DNA of 64,000 nucleotides from an uncultured Syntrophaceae bacterium. Lineage in GTDB: Bacteria > Desulfobacterota > SM23-61. A model generated the notes under the pieces. The model saw only the letters and a program-made list of their open reading frames with translations. It was not told where the DNA came from and did no database searches. The DNA is taken from assembly GCA_964484485.1 (NCBI GenBank), contig CAZAGD010000231.1:4078-68077 (forward strand), written 5' to 3'. Both the position numbers and the translations under genes were made by a program. This document shows positions 19,446 to 30,889 of the stretch, piece by piece. Positions within the stretch are counted from its first letter, which is position 1; every line of letters starts with the position of its first letter.

Positions 19446-20871
19446 ATACTGTCCCCTTTTCTTTTTTTATTTTGGCAAACTGAAATAACCCTTTTAAGGC
19501 TTTGATAGTTTGTTCCGGGAAGGCAAAGACCGGAATGCCCTCTGCTTCTAAATGTCGAACTTCTTCTTCCACTAACCCCCGCGGAGAATTTAGACAGAGC
19601 AGAATCGGTTTGGATGTATATTTTTTCGTGAGTAAGAGGGGATGAGAAATTCGGCGCGGGTCCATGAAAGGATGGTGTAAAAGAAATATTATCAGCGCAT
19701 CCACTTGCTGATCCTCCAAAACAGCTTTTAAAACCTCGGTAAAAAGCTCTTCACTCCGCGCAAAAGCCAAATCTATGGGATTGGTGCGGATGGTTAAAGG
19801 AGGAAGGATAGTAGTTAACTTTTTCTGGGTTTGCTCTGTGAAAGAAGCCATCTCCAGCCCGTGGGCTATTACCGCATCTGTTATCAAAATACCCGGCCCG
19901 GCTTGAAAAGACATCACCGCCACTCTTTTCCCGCTACAGCTGGGCATCAAGGCTAACACTTTTGCTAAATCCAAAAGTTCGCGGGGATCATTAACCAGCA
20001 AAACACCTGCTTGCTTTAGAGCGGCTTCGTATAACTCGTATTTACCTGCTATAGAGCCGGTATGGGAGCGGGCCGCCTTCCAAGAAAATTCGTTGCGTCC
20101 GGCTTTCATGGCTAATATCGGCTTCTGGCGGGTAAATTTATTTAGGCCTTCCCATAATAACCTGGGTCGATCAACACCCTCGATAAAAAGAATGAGTACC
20201 TTTGTGAATTCGTCAGTAGCGAAAAAGGGGAGAAGATCGACGAAATCAACATTACATCGATTACCCAGTCCCACTACTTTCCCTAAGCCCACTTGTTCAT
20301 CTATAGCTTGGTAAGCGATCAGATGGGCAACACCTCCACTTTGACTTAGCACCGAAATGGGTCCCGGCTTTAGCCGCGAAAACAAAGGGGTAAATGAGGC
20401 ATTTAATTGAGCATGGATGTTTACCATCCCAAAAGTATTAGGGCCGATAATTTTTATTCCTCCTTGGTTAGCTAAGGCGGCCATTTCCTGCTGCAGTTTA
20501 TTTCCTGTTTCATCTTCGATTTCTTTAAAACCAGCAGTGATAATGACTGCTCCTTTAACCCCCTTTTGGCAGCAAGCCTTTAGGGCGCCCAATACTTCGC
20601 CTGCCGGGATGGAGAGAATGGCTAAATCTACCTTTTCAGGAACTTGTTCTAAATGAGCATAAACTTTCCATCCTAAAATTTCTTTTTCCTGAGGATTAAT
20701 TGGGTAAATAGGTTTGGGGAATTTGCTGTCTCTTAAGCTGAGGAGACATTGGTGGCCCATTTTAAAAGGATTAGAAGAAGCACCTATAACGGCAACCGAA
20801 CGGGGATAAAATATATCTTGCCAAATTTCCAAATTATTGGTCATGGCTATAAAAGTAAAATAGTTTGGCAA
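19411..20871 (-). CDS. ADP-forming acyl-CoA synthetase alpha-type subunit (CoA-binding plus ligase-CoA domains; no ATP-grasp)
   Basis: RSVAVIGASSNPFKMGH CoA-binding motif, catalytic His KAARSHTGSIAG; 35-nt overlap with downstream CaiB gene; start may be the internal ATG at 20844. Confidence 0.75.
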   Translation of the reverse strand: MPNYFTFIAMTNNLEIWQDIFYPRSVAVIGASSNPFKMGHQCLLSLRDSKFPKPIYPINPQEKEILGWKVYAHLEQVPEKVDLAILSIPAGEVLGALKACCQKGVKGAVIITAGFKEIEDETGNKLQQEMAALANQGGIKIIGPNTFGMVNIHAQLNASFTPLFSRLKPGPISVLSQSGGVAHLIAYQAIDEQVGLGKVVGLGNRCNVDFVDLLPFFATDEFTKVLILFIEGVDRPRLLWEGLNKFTRQKPILAMKAGRNEFSWKAARSHTGSIAGKYELYEAALKQAGVLLVNDPRELLDLAKVLALMPSCSGKRVAVMSFQAGPGILITDAVIAHGLEMASFTEQTQKKLTTILPPLTIRTNPIDLAFARSEELFTEVLKAVLEDQQVDALIIFLLHHPFMDPRRISHPLLLTKKYTSKPILLCLNSPRGLVEEEVRHLEAEGIPVFAFPEQTIKALKGLFQFAKIKKEKGTVFATGFGWSKSS

Positions 20872-21246
20872 ATATATTACTAACTATCCTACCTCTGGTC
20901 AACCTATTTTCTGGAGATCTCTGCAAAAGTCCCTTGGGATGTAATTACGTCATTTCTGCGCCAGCATGAAGCAGGCAGGAATCCAGTATTTTCAAGGCAT
21001 TTCTGGACTCCCCTTGCGCGGGAGTGACTGAAAAGTGGGTTTTTTCAAGATCTCCGTTTCCGCCCTTGTCATTTATCATTAAATGGTAGATGACCTGGGA
21101 AAAAAACATTAGTTCCTCTTCCTCAGGAATCATTAACCCCGAATTTCCGATCCAAAAAGTAAAGGTCTCCGCTCATAAGTAAGGCCTTACCTATCTATTG
21201 CTTTTTCCCTTTCCTTCATGCTAATTTTTTAGAAAAAGAGGGGAAA

Positions 21247-22284
21247 ATGGGTTTTCCGCAAAGAATTCTGGCCATAGACATTGGGGGAGGAACTCAAGAT
21301 ATTCTTCTTTATGAAGAAGGTAAGCCCATAGAAAATTGTGTGCAAATGATTCTTCCTTCTCCCACCCAATTAGTGGCCCAAAAAATTTCTCGAGCCACTT
21401 CCCTAAAGAAGAATATTTTTTTGACTGGTAATACTATGGGTGGGGGAGCTTGCACTTGGGCTTTAGAAAATCACTTGCGCACAGGACTAAAAGTGGCCGC
21501 CACTAAGCTGGCCGCCCTTACTTTTCACGACAACTTAGAAGTAGTCCAGAAAAAGGGAATTAAAATTACGGATGTCCGTCCAGCAGGCTGGCCCGTGATC
21601 ACTCTGGGGGATGTGCAAATCTCTAAATTAGAAAAGATTTTGCGGGAATATGGGCTACAATTGCCGGAAAATATGGCGATTGCGGTTCAAGATCACGGTT
21701 TTAACCCCCGGGGCAGCAACCGGCTTTTCCGCTTTCTCTATTGGCAAAGATTTATTCTTCAGGGAGGAAATCTGCAAAACTTAATTTATAAAAAGCCACC
21801 CCGTTTTATGACTCGGATGCTGGCCGTGAAAAGAGATGCTCCGGCAGCTTATTTAATGGACACTTCTGCGGCAGCTATTTGGGGAATTCTCTGTGATCCG
21901 CGAGTAAAGGAGGAACAAGAAAAAGGCTTCATTGCTGTAAATTTAGGTAACCAACACACCTTGGGCGCTCTGGTTCAGGGCGAACGTATCTGGGGCATCT
22001 TCGAACACCATACGGGGAGACTATCACCTGCCAAAATCAAATCTATTTTAAAAGATTTTGCCGCTGGGGAATTGCTCCATGAAAAAATAATGAATGACGG
22101 TGGTCATGGGTGTTTTCTGAGTCCTTATTTCCCTAAAAAGGGAAAATTCTCTTTTGTCGCCGTAACTGGCCCCCAGAGAAATTTAGTCGCCGGGCTTAAA
22201 TACTATCAAGCAGTGCCTTACGGAGATATGATGTTGACTGGCTGCTTTGGTTTAGTGGCTGCTCTAAAAGCTAAAAAAACATAA
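21247..22284 (+). CDS. ASKHA-fold (actin/Hsp70/sugar-kinase-like) ATPase family protein, DUF1786-like
   Basis: N-terminal ILAIDIGGGTQDILLY phosphate-1 motif; 345 aa. Confidence 0.5.
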   Translation: MGFPQRILAIDIGGGTQDILLYEEGKPIENCVQMILPSPTQLVAQKISRATSLKKNIFLTGNTMGGGACTWALENHLRTGLKVAATKLAALTFHDNLEVVQKKGIKITDVRPAGWPVITLGDVQISKLEKILREYGLQLPENMAIAVQDHGFNPRGSNRLFRFLYWQRFILQGGNLQNLIYKKPPRFMTRMLAVKRDAPAAYLMDTSAAAIWGILCDPRVKEEQEKGFIAVNLGNQHTLGALVQGERIWGIFEHHTGRLSPAKIKSILKDFAAGELLHEKIMNDGGHGCFLSPYFPKKGKFSFVAVTGPQRNLVAGLKYYQAVPYGDMMLTGCFGLVAALKAKKT

Positions 22285-22331
22285 ATTCCCTAAGCCAACT
22301 TGCTTACCAAAAACTAAGAAAGGAGCAATAG

Positions 22332-24365
<2,034 letters not shown>

Positions 24366-24371
24366 GCATTT

Positions 24372-24650
24372 ATGGCTAAAAAACGGGTTAAGCTTCTAAT
24401 TAAAGGACTCGTGCAAGGAGTAAATTTTCGGTATTATACGCAACGGGAAGCCCGCAAATACAACTTAACTGGCTGGGTGCGTAATCTACCTGATGGTTCG
24501 GTAGGCGCTTTATTGGAAGGAGAAGAGCAAGATGTAGAAGCCATGATCCAGTGGTGCCGGCATGGGCCACCTTCTGCTCGCGTTACGGAATTAATTGTGC
24601 AACCGGAAGAATATAAGGGGGAATTCCAGTCCTTTTCTATCTTATACTAA
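24372..24650 (+). CDS. acyP: Acylphosphatase
   Basis: [31 protein letters not shown] matches the acylphosphatase signature. Confidence 0.85.
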   Translation: MAKKRVKLLIKGLVQGVNFRYYTQREARKYNLTGWVRNLPDGSVGALLEGEEQDVEAMIQWCRHGPPSARVTELIVQPEEYKGEFQSFSILY

Positions 24651-24844
24651 TAGCTGTCGGGGATCGCCAACGGCCGGACACCAGCTTTCATGAATGCTTT
24701 TATTTTTTTAATCATTTGCTTAATAGCTCAGATTTTGATAGCTCTTTGGCTAGTCATCTATCTCCTCTGGCAGAAAAAGAAAGGAAATAGAAAAGGCAAA
24801 AATTCGCCTCCGCCAGCAGTAGATAATCCGTCGTGATTATACTT

Positions 24845-25078
24845 CTATTTTTTTTCTTCTCCTTTCTCTTTTACTTCTTTAGGCTTTTCTTTTTTCTTTT
24901 CTTTCTTTTTCTCTTTTTTAATTTTGCCTTCTAATTCGGCAATTGGTCTTATGACAATTTTTCCCGGATGACGGGGGAAATCAACTTTTAGATAAACTTT
25001 TTTGGGAAAAACCTTTACGACTACGCCCTCTTTTTCTTCTCCGGCAAATGAAAATTTTACTTTGTCACCCACATTCAT
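24845..25078 (-). CDS. Small hypothetical protein with Lys/Glu-rich C-terminal tail (77 aa)
   Basis: ORF with a beta-rich N-terminal roughly 50 aa followed by a KKEKKKEKKKEK low-complexity tail. Confidence 0.5.
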   Translation of the reverse strand: MNVGDKVKFSFAGEEKEGVVVKVFPKKVYLKVDFPRHPGKIVIRPIAELEGKIKKEKKKEKKKEKPKEVKEKGEEKK

Positions 25079-25158
25079 ACTTCAACCTCCCCACCTAAAT
25101 TTTTCTTTGGACAACTTTTCCTTGACCTTCGCCTTTTTTCTAAGTTATTACTCGGAGC

Positions 25159-25385
25159 AATTAAATATTTACAGCTATCAATCTTATCTTACTCCGTGGT
25201 CTGGCTTTATCGAGTTTCCTCAATGAAATTGGGTCGTAATTACACATAAGAAATAAAACCAATTGCGGCAAGGGACAAGCCCTTGCCCTACGTTTGAGAT
25301 TTTTTTTAATTTCTCGTAGGGCAAGCCCTTGGGGCTTGCCGAACCACGCATGAAGATGTCGTTTATTTTATGCTCCCATTAATAA
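25159..25385. repeat. Copy 2 of the roughly 225 bp structured intergenic repeat family
   Basis: Aligns colinearly with 4833-5056 (same orientation); hairpin GGCAAGCCC-TTG-GGGCTTGCC at 25319-25340. Confidence 0.8.
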
Positions 25386-25549
25386 ATATATAAAGTTATT
25401 CTCTTTCTCTTTATTATTTTCCCATAACATGGCTCCCCAATTTTAGGCAAGGGAAAATTAGCTTAAAAAGAACCAGGACCTCATTTTATCGCGCCTCTCT
25501 CTTTCCGGGGCGAATTGCCAAAGCGATCGCCGGTCAGTTGAAATTAATA

Positions 25550-25579
25550 TTGACACCATTTAAGTGTCTAAGATATTAT
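25550..25579 (+). promoter_or_regulatory. Candidate sigma-70 promoter (TTGACA-18-TATTAT) for the ABC transporter operon, immediately preceded by a GATCGCCGGTCAG motif copy
   Basis: -35 TTGACA 25550-25555, -10 TATTAT 25574-25579; motif at 25523-25537. Confidence 0.4.
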
Positions 25580-25776
25580 CAATATCGAAAAAAAAGCGCG
25601 CGTAACAAATCGGCTAAATTTTTTTATTTATTTTCATGCTCAGAAAATTTCTTCCAAGCTACTTTTTAGCCTATCAGATTAACTTGATATATCGTCTCCT
25701 TCCTAAGGAATTTTCATGAAGGAATAAATGACAAAAAAAATTAATAATTCCCGTATTAGGGGTAGAAAGGAGATCT

Positions 25777-27087
25777 ATGATGAAAAAGAAATTTTTTAGG
25801 GGGCGGATAATTTTAATTACTATCTTTTTGTTTTTCTGCTCGGCCTTAATGGGCGAGGCCCAGGCCCAAAAAGAAAAAATAGGCTGGGTAGGACCTATTT
25901 ACAAAGAGCTTTCGGACAGTTTAATGAAGGGGTTTAAAGACTATTATAAAAAGACTTACGGAAAGGACATTGAAATCACTTTTATTAGACCAGGAGGCTG
26001 GCCTGTCTGTGTAGATAAAGTTCGGGCTTGGAAGGGCAAACCAGATGCCGATATTTTCTTGGGGGCGGGGGCGCCAGCCCATGAAATTCTCAAAAAAGAA
26101 GGGTTAATCGTTCCTTACAAATTAAAAGAGTGGGAGGTCATTCCCGATAAGTGGCAGGGCATGAAAGTAAAAGATGAAGGCTATTATTGGGCTTGTTTTG
26201 CTCCTTGGATTGTGACCAATCTTTATAATGAAAAGGTGCTCAAAGTTTTGAAACTCCCTCCCCCAAAAACTTGGAAAGAATTATTGAACCCAATTTACCG
26301 CGAATTAATAGTGCAGACTCTGCCCTATGCTTCGGGTACCCAACATGAAGCAGTGGAAATTCATTTGCAAACTTTCGGAGTGAAAGAAGGGTGGGCTTAT
26401 AATCGGCTCTTGGCTGCTCAATTAGCCAGATTTTCTACCGGAAGTGTTGATACTACGCATATCGTTAGCCGGGGAGAAGTTCCTATTGGCCTTGCTCAGC
26501 CGCAGATGAATGCCATGGTGGCTCGCAAAGATGGTTATCCTGTGCGGGACCTGCTTCCTGATAAGACCATTTTGGTTCCGGAAGCTGTGGCTATGCTCAA
26601 AAACGCTCCCAACGAGGCTAATGCTAAAATTTTCTTGGATTGGCTATTTAGTATGGCCGGCCAAAAATATGTTCTCGAAGGAGGCTATTTCACGGCCCGC
26701 AAAGACATTAAATTTACCGCGTGGGAAAAGGAAGGCGTGGCCATGGCCAAACATGCTCGAGAGGCTTTGGGCGTGGATTCGTTTTGGGACCTGAAAGTCG
26801 GCTTTGTCAATTATGATTTGGATTTAGCGGCCAAGAGGTGGGATGAAGTTAACCGCTATTACGAATACGAAATATACCGGAAATGGCGCGAGCTAAAGAG
26901 TAGCCTCTTCTTGATCGAAGAAGTGGAAGGAGAAATAGCCGCCGCCAAGAAGAAAGGAGTAGACGTCCAAAAGGCAGAAGCGAAAATCAAAGAGGCTAGA
27001 AACCTTTTTGAATTTGAAGGCCAATATGCCCAAGCAAGGCTTACGGCCTCCGAAGCACGATCATTATTAGTTAGTGGTTCTCGTTGA
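25777..27087 (+). CDS. ABC transporter periplasmic substrate-binding protein (Fe3+/thiamine-type SBP family) with a roughly 100 aa C-terminal coiled-coil extension
   Basis: Signal peptide, SBP_bac_1/8-like body; C-terminal EIYRKWRELKSS...AAAKKKGVDVQKAEAKIKEARNLFEFEGQYAQARL is helical low-complexity; SD AGGAG 7 nt upstream. Confidence 0.75.
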   Translation: MMKKKFFRGRIILITIFLFFCSALMGEAQAQKEKIGWVGPIYKELSDSLMKGFKDYYKKTYGKDIEITFIRPGGWPVCVDKVRAWKGKPDADIFLGAGAPAHEILKKEGLIVPYKLKEWEVIPDKWQGMKVKDEGYYWACFAPWIVTNLYNEKVLKVLKLPPPKTWKELLNPIYRELIVQTLPYASGTQHEAVEIHLQTFGVKEGWAYNRLLAAQLARFSTGSVDTTHIVSRGEVPIGLAQPQMNAMVARKDGYPVRDLLPDKTILVPEAVAMLKNAPNEANAKIFLDWLFSMAGQKYVLEGGYFTARKDIKFTAWEKEGVAMAKHAREALGVDSFWDLKVGFVNYDLDLAAKRWDEVNRYYEYEIYRKWRELKSSLFLIEEVEGEIAAAKKKGVDVQKAEAKIKEARNLFEFEGQYAQARLTASEARSLLVSGSR

Positions 27088-27187
27088 GCACTGAGCTAAT
27101 TTGACAAAAAGCCGCCATTGAGCAGCTTAAATTTAGTTAACGAGGCTGGGGGGCTGAAAATCAGCCTCTCAGCAAAGGATAATAATT

Positions 27188-28870
27188 ATGTCTCGAGGGA
27201 ATGTCTTTCTCTCTTTAGTCTTATGGCTCATCTTGGCTCTTTTGGTCATTTATCCCCTCTCCTTCTTAATCTTAGAGAGCTTTAAAATAGCGGGTACTAA
27301 CCAATTCGGTATAAAAAATTACCTGGATTTTTTTAAAGACCCCTATTACCTAAAAACTTTTACTAATACCTTATTTTTGGGAGTACTGGTTCTATTAGCT
27401 ACTACTCTCTTAGGATTACCCTTAGCTTATATCCTGGCCAGGTATAGATTAAAAGGAAAAACTATCTTAACGGCCCTGATCCTATTGCCCATAGTCTTAC
27501 CCGCTTACGCGGGAGCTTTTGCCTTGATTGTTTTTTTCGGCAAACAAGGCACAGTTAATTTACTTCTCTTAGAATGGGGCTTGATCAGTAAGCCCATAAA
27601 TTTTATATACGGACTCCATGGTTTAGTCTTTATCCAAACTTTACATCTGCTTCCTTTTATTGTCCTTAGTCTATCAGCAGGCTTTACGAATATTGACCCT
27701 TCTTTGGAAGAAGCGGCGGAAGTAGAAGGGGCCCGGGGTTTTAAAAGGTTCTTGACCATTACTCTTCCCCTTTGTACCCCCAATTACCTCGCGGGAGCGG
27801 TCATCGTTTTTTTATGGCCCTTTACCGATTGGTTAACTCCTTTGATCTTTGGCCTAATCGACTTTCTGCCCTCTATAGCTTATATCAATATTGCCTATCA
27901 CTTCACCGATATGTATCGCAAATATATCGGTATTGTCTCTGTGGTTGTTTCTTCAGTAATTTGTGTCGCTATATTTTTAATCTCCAAAAGATGGGTGGAA
28001 AAGAAAAAATACACTTCCCTTTCTAAAGGCACAACTTTGGAAGGAAGAATAATTGAGCCCGGGATATTTATCACCATTCTTTCGTATGCCTATATGGTGT
28101 TTATCGCTCTCTTAGTTCTGCTCATTCCCACGGTCCTCGGTTTATCTGCTTTTTCGCGAAGATGGGTATTGCAACCATTTCCTACTTACTGGACTTTGGA
28201 TAACTTCCGCCTAATTTTCCTGGAAAGTCCCTTATTGTTGAAGAACTCTTTTGTCTTCAGTGGAGTCGCCCTTATTTTTGGAATTATCTTTGGATTGCCC
28301 GCTGCTTATTTAATAACCCGCACCAAAGTAAGGGGTAAAGAAGCTCTTGATTTTGTTATCACCCTCATGCTGGCCTTCCCCGGCATCGCCGTAGGTGTAA
28401 GCTATTTATTGGCTTTTTGGGAAGGAATTCCTCTGGCCACGCACTGGATTATCATGCCCCTCTCTTTATTTGTCCGCCGTCTCCCGTACTTTCTGCGCAT
28501 GGCCCATGCTTCTTATTTACAGCTTGATATCTCGCTGGAAGAAGCTGCGGAAGTCTCGGGGGCCAATAAGTTACGGACCTTTTTTAATATCTCTTTGCCT
28601 CTCCTCCTCAAAGGCGTCTTCGTCGGCGTGGTTATGTTCTTCATCATGGCCTTCCAAGAAATCTCTACGGCCATCTTCCTTTATCGAGGAGGTTGGGAGA
28701 CTTTACCCATTGGCATTTATTTAAACTGGCATCGGGGCATGGAATTTGGTATTGCCGGAGCTATGGCTTTTCTAATGATCGTGATTATCTTTATCCTGCT
28801 GATTATTATCTCCAGAATAGGAGGAGGAATTTTAGGAGCCGCTTGGGGTTCATCTGGAGGGAGGTATTAG
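27188..28870 (+). CDS. ABC transporter permease, fused double-domain (FbpB/ThiP-like)
   Basis: 560 aa, two repeats each with an EAA-like loop (LEEAAEVEGA / LEEAAEVSGA), 12 predicted TM helices. Confidence 0.85.
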   Translation: MSRGNVFLSLVLWLILALLVIYPLSFLILESFKIAGTNQFGIKNYLDFFKDPYYLKTFTNTLFLGVLVLLATTLLGLPLAYILARYRLKGKTILTALILLPIVLPAYAGAFALIVFFGKQGTVNLLLLEWGLISKPINFIYGLHGLVFIQTLHLLPFIVLSLSAGFTNIDPSLEEAAEVEGARGFKRFLTITLPLCTPNYLAGAVIVFLWPFTDWLTPLIFGLIDFLPSIAYINIAYHFTDMYRKYIGIVSVVVSSVICVAIFLISKRWVEKKKYTSLSKGTTLEGRIIEPGIFITILSYAYMVFIALLVLLIPTVLGLSAFSRRWVLQPFPTYWTLDNFRLIFLESPLLLKNSFVFSGVALIFGIIFGLPAAYLITRTKVRGKEALDFVITLMLAFPGIAVGVSYLLAFWEGIPLATHWIIMPLSLFVRRLPYFLRMAHASYLQLDISLEEAAEVSGANKLRTFFNISLPLLLKGVFVGVVMFFIMAFQEISTAIFLYRGGWETLPIGIYLNWHRGMEFGIAGAMAFLMIVIIFILLIIISRIGGGILGAAWGSSGGRY

Positions 28871-29953
28871 ATGGCCTTCATCGAGATCAGGAAACTCTTT
28901 AAAAAATTTGGCAAAGTAATTGCTGTTAATAATGTAGACTTGGAAATACAAAAAGGAGAAATACTGACTCTTCTTGGCCCCAGCGGATGCGGCAAGACCA
29001 CTACTCTGCGCTGTATAGCTGGATTAGAGAAGCCAGATGCGGGAGATGTGATTATCGATGGCCAACCGATGTTCTCCCAAGGATTCATTCCGCCAGCCAA
29101 AAGAGAAATTGGTATGGTATTCCAAAATTATGCCGTCTGGCCGCATATGCGGGTCTTTGATAACATAGCTTACGGCCTCAAACTTCAGAAACTCCCCGCC
29201 GCCACTATCAAAGAGAAAGTGACTGAGATACTTGCTTCGGTTGACCTAGCCGGATTAGGCGATAGATACCCAGGACAGCTCAGCGGTGGCCAGCAGCAAA
29301 GAGTGGCCTTGGCCAGAGCTTTGGTCAGAAATCCTAAAGTTCTCCTCCTCGATGAACCGCTAAGTAATCTAGATGCCAAACTTCGAGAAAAGATGCGCTT
29401 TGAGATAAAAAGCTTGGTCCGGCGGATGCATATAACTACTGTTTACGTTACTCACGACCAAGCTGAAGCTATGGTCATATCTGACCGGATTGCCGTAATG
29501 GATAAAGGGAATATAGTTCAAGTAGGCTCTCCTGAAGAAATTTACAAGCGACCTGCTTCGAGATTTGTCGCTGATTTTATCGGCACCACTAATTTCATTG
29601 CAGGAGAGGTAGCCCAAATTCTTCCTGATAGAGGGCTAGTGTACATGCATACTGAATTCAAACAAAAGTTGCTTTGTCGAGTTCTGGACTCTGCTATGGC
29701 TAATTTACACCAAAAAGTCCAGGCCTCTATCCGCCCGGAGGATATAGAAGTTTTCCAGGAACCGCCAAAAGGGAGAGAAAACATATTCAAAGGAACTATC
29801 ATGCACAGGGCCTATTTGGGGAATTTCCTTTATCTATTCGTCCATGTGGACAGTACTTTAATCAGGGCACAAGCCTCTTATAATGTAACCGCCAAAGAAG
29901 GAGAAGAAATCTTTATCTTTCTTAATCCCGAAAAGTGTCTCATTTTGCCATAG
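28871..29953 (+). CDS. ABC transporter ATP-binding protein (PotA/FbpC-like with C-terminal TOBE domain)
   Basis: Walker A GPSGCGKTT, signature LSGGQQQRVALARAL, Walker B LLLDEPLSNLD; start overlaps permease stop. Confidence 0.9.
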   Translation: MAFIEIRKLFKKFGKVIAVNNVDLEIQKGEILTLLGPSGCGKTTTLRCIAGLEKPDAGDVIIDGQPMFSQGFIPPAKREIGMVFQNYAVWPHMRVFDNIAYGLKLQKLPAATIKEKVTEILASVDLAGLGDRYPGQLSGGQQQRVALARALVRNPKVLLLDEPLSNLDAKLREKMRFEIKSLVRRMHITTVYVTHDQAEAMVISDRIAVMDKGNIVQVGSPEEIYKRPASRFVADFIGTTNFIAGEVAQILPDRGLVYMHTEFKQKLLCRVLDSAMANLHQKVQASIRPEDIEVFQEPPKGRENIFKGTIMHRAYLGNFLYLFVHVDSTLIRAQASYNVTAKEGEEIFIFLNPEKCLILP

Positions 29954-29965
29954 AGGAGGTATGGG

Positions 29966-30859
29966 ATGGGTAAAATAACTTATGCGGAACTTATGGCTGA
30001 TAGGCGCCTACGCCAGGCCATCTCTATCATTAACTCTGCTTACGCCAGCGACAGTCTCGATCGTTTAGGTATCCAAAAGCCGGGGTCCACCTGCTATTAC
30101 CTACCCATGGATATTAGATATTTGGCCGGCGCGGAGGCCGATCCTCAACGTCGAGTTTTTGGGGTCATCCATACGGCCGCTTTCCGGATTGTTCAAGACC
30201 CCGATGACCCAGATTATAAATCCAACCCTTATAAAGGAGAGATCGCATTTATCCGCACTTTGCAACCCGGTGACGTAGCCGTGATCGACACACCCATAAA
30301 CCAATCTTTCTCCACCTCGGCCGAGAATGAAAAGAAATGTGGCGGGGTTTGGGGTGGCTTACTTACGGCTTTAGCTATGTCCTATGGCGCTTTAGGGGCG
30401 GTAATCAACGGACCTATTAGGGATACAAACCAGATCAACAGTTATTTCCGGAAGAAGCCCTTTGACGCCCGTTCGGCCAAATCTCTAAAGAAAGTATTAG
30501 GGAAAAAGTCATCTCTGGCTAATATGCGTCGGGTCCGCCGTGCCCTACTACTTAGAGAAAAATTTCCCATATATGGTACAGGAACTCTGCCCACAGATTC
30601 GGCCTTCCGTACGGAAGCCTACTCTGTTGGTGAACCGCTTAAGATCGGGAACGTAGTCATCCATGATCGGGATTTTATTATTGCGGACAATGATGGCCAA
30701 GTAGTGATTCCCAACGAAACAATTCGGGATGTCTTGGAAAAAGTTTTAGAAATTGATGCGGGGGATCGAGATGTCTGGGCTGATGCTTTAATCCGTCTGG
30801 CCGGATTTCATAAAGATTCTATAGATGAGATCGTCGCCCGCCACGGAGGCCACCTCTGA
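29966..30859 (+). CDS. RraA family protein (second paralog), 297 aa
   Basis: GGLLTALAMSYGALGAVINGPIRD and VVIHDRDFIIADNDGQVVIP resemble the RraA/HMG-aldolase fold; immediately downstream of the ABC operon. Confidence 0.65.
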   Translation: MGKITYAELMADRRLRQAISIINSAYASDSLDRLGIQKPGSTCYYLPMDIRYLAGAEADPQRRVFGVIHTAAFRIVQDPDDPDYKSNPYKGEIAFIRTLQPGDVAVIDTPINQSFSTSAENEKKCGGVWGGLLTALAMSYGALGAVINGPIRDTNQINSYFRKKPFDARSAKSLKKVLGKKSSLANMRRVRRALLLREKFPIYGTGTLPTDSAFRTEAYSVGEPLKIGNVVIHDRDFIIADNDGQVVIPNETIRDVLEKVLEIDAGDRDVWADALIRLAGFHKDSIDEIVARHGGHL

Positions 30860-30889
30860 TTATTTTTCGCCCCGCAGTTTTTTTATTTA

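Noticed and set aside
20945-21133. ORF 20945-21133 (-), 62 aa in the divergent promoter region between the alpha-only acyl-CoA synthetase paralog and the DUF1786-like gene
   Set aside because: Short, no SD, no homology. The region more likely holds divergent promoters.
24690-24836. Possible 48-aa hydrophobic mini-ORF (MNAFIFLIICLIAQILIALWLVIYLLWQKKKGNRKG…) between acyP and the 77-aa gene
   Set aside because: It looks like a single-TM peptide, but it has no Shine-Dalgarno and sits where a terminator for ligA-acyP is expected. Kept out of the feature list for lack of support.
25386-25776. TPP or other riboswitch in the roughly 390-bp leader of the ABC importer operon
   Set aside because: No CUGAGA/ACCUGAUCUGGAUAAUGCCAGCG-type TPP signature or other recognisable aptamer consensus. 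The region is better explained by a promoter plus the repeat motif.
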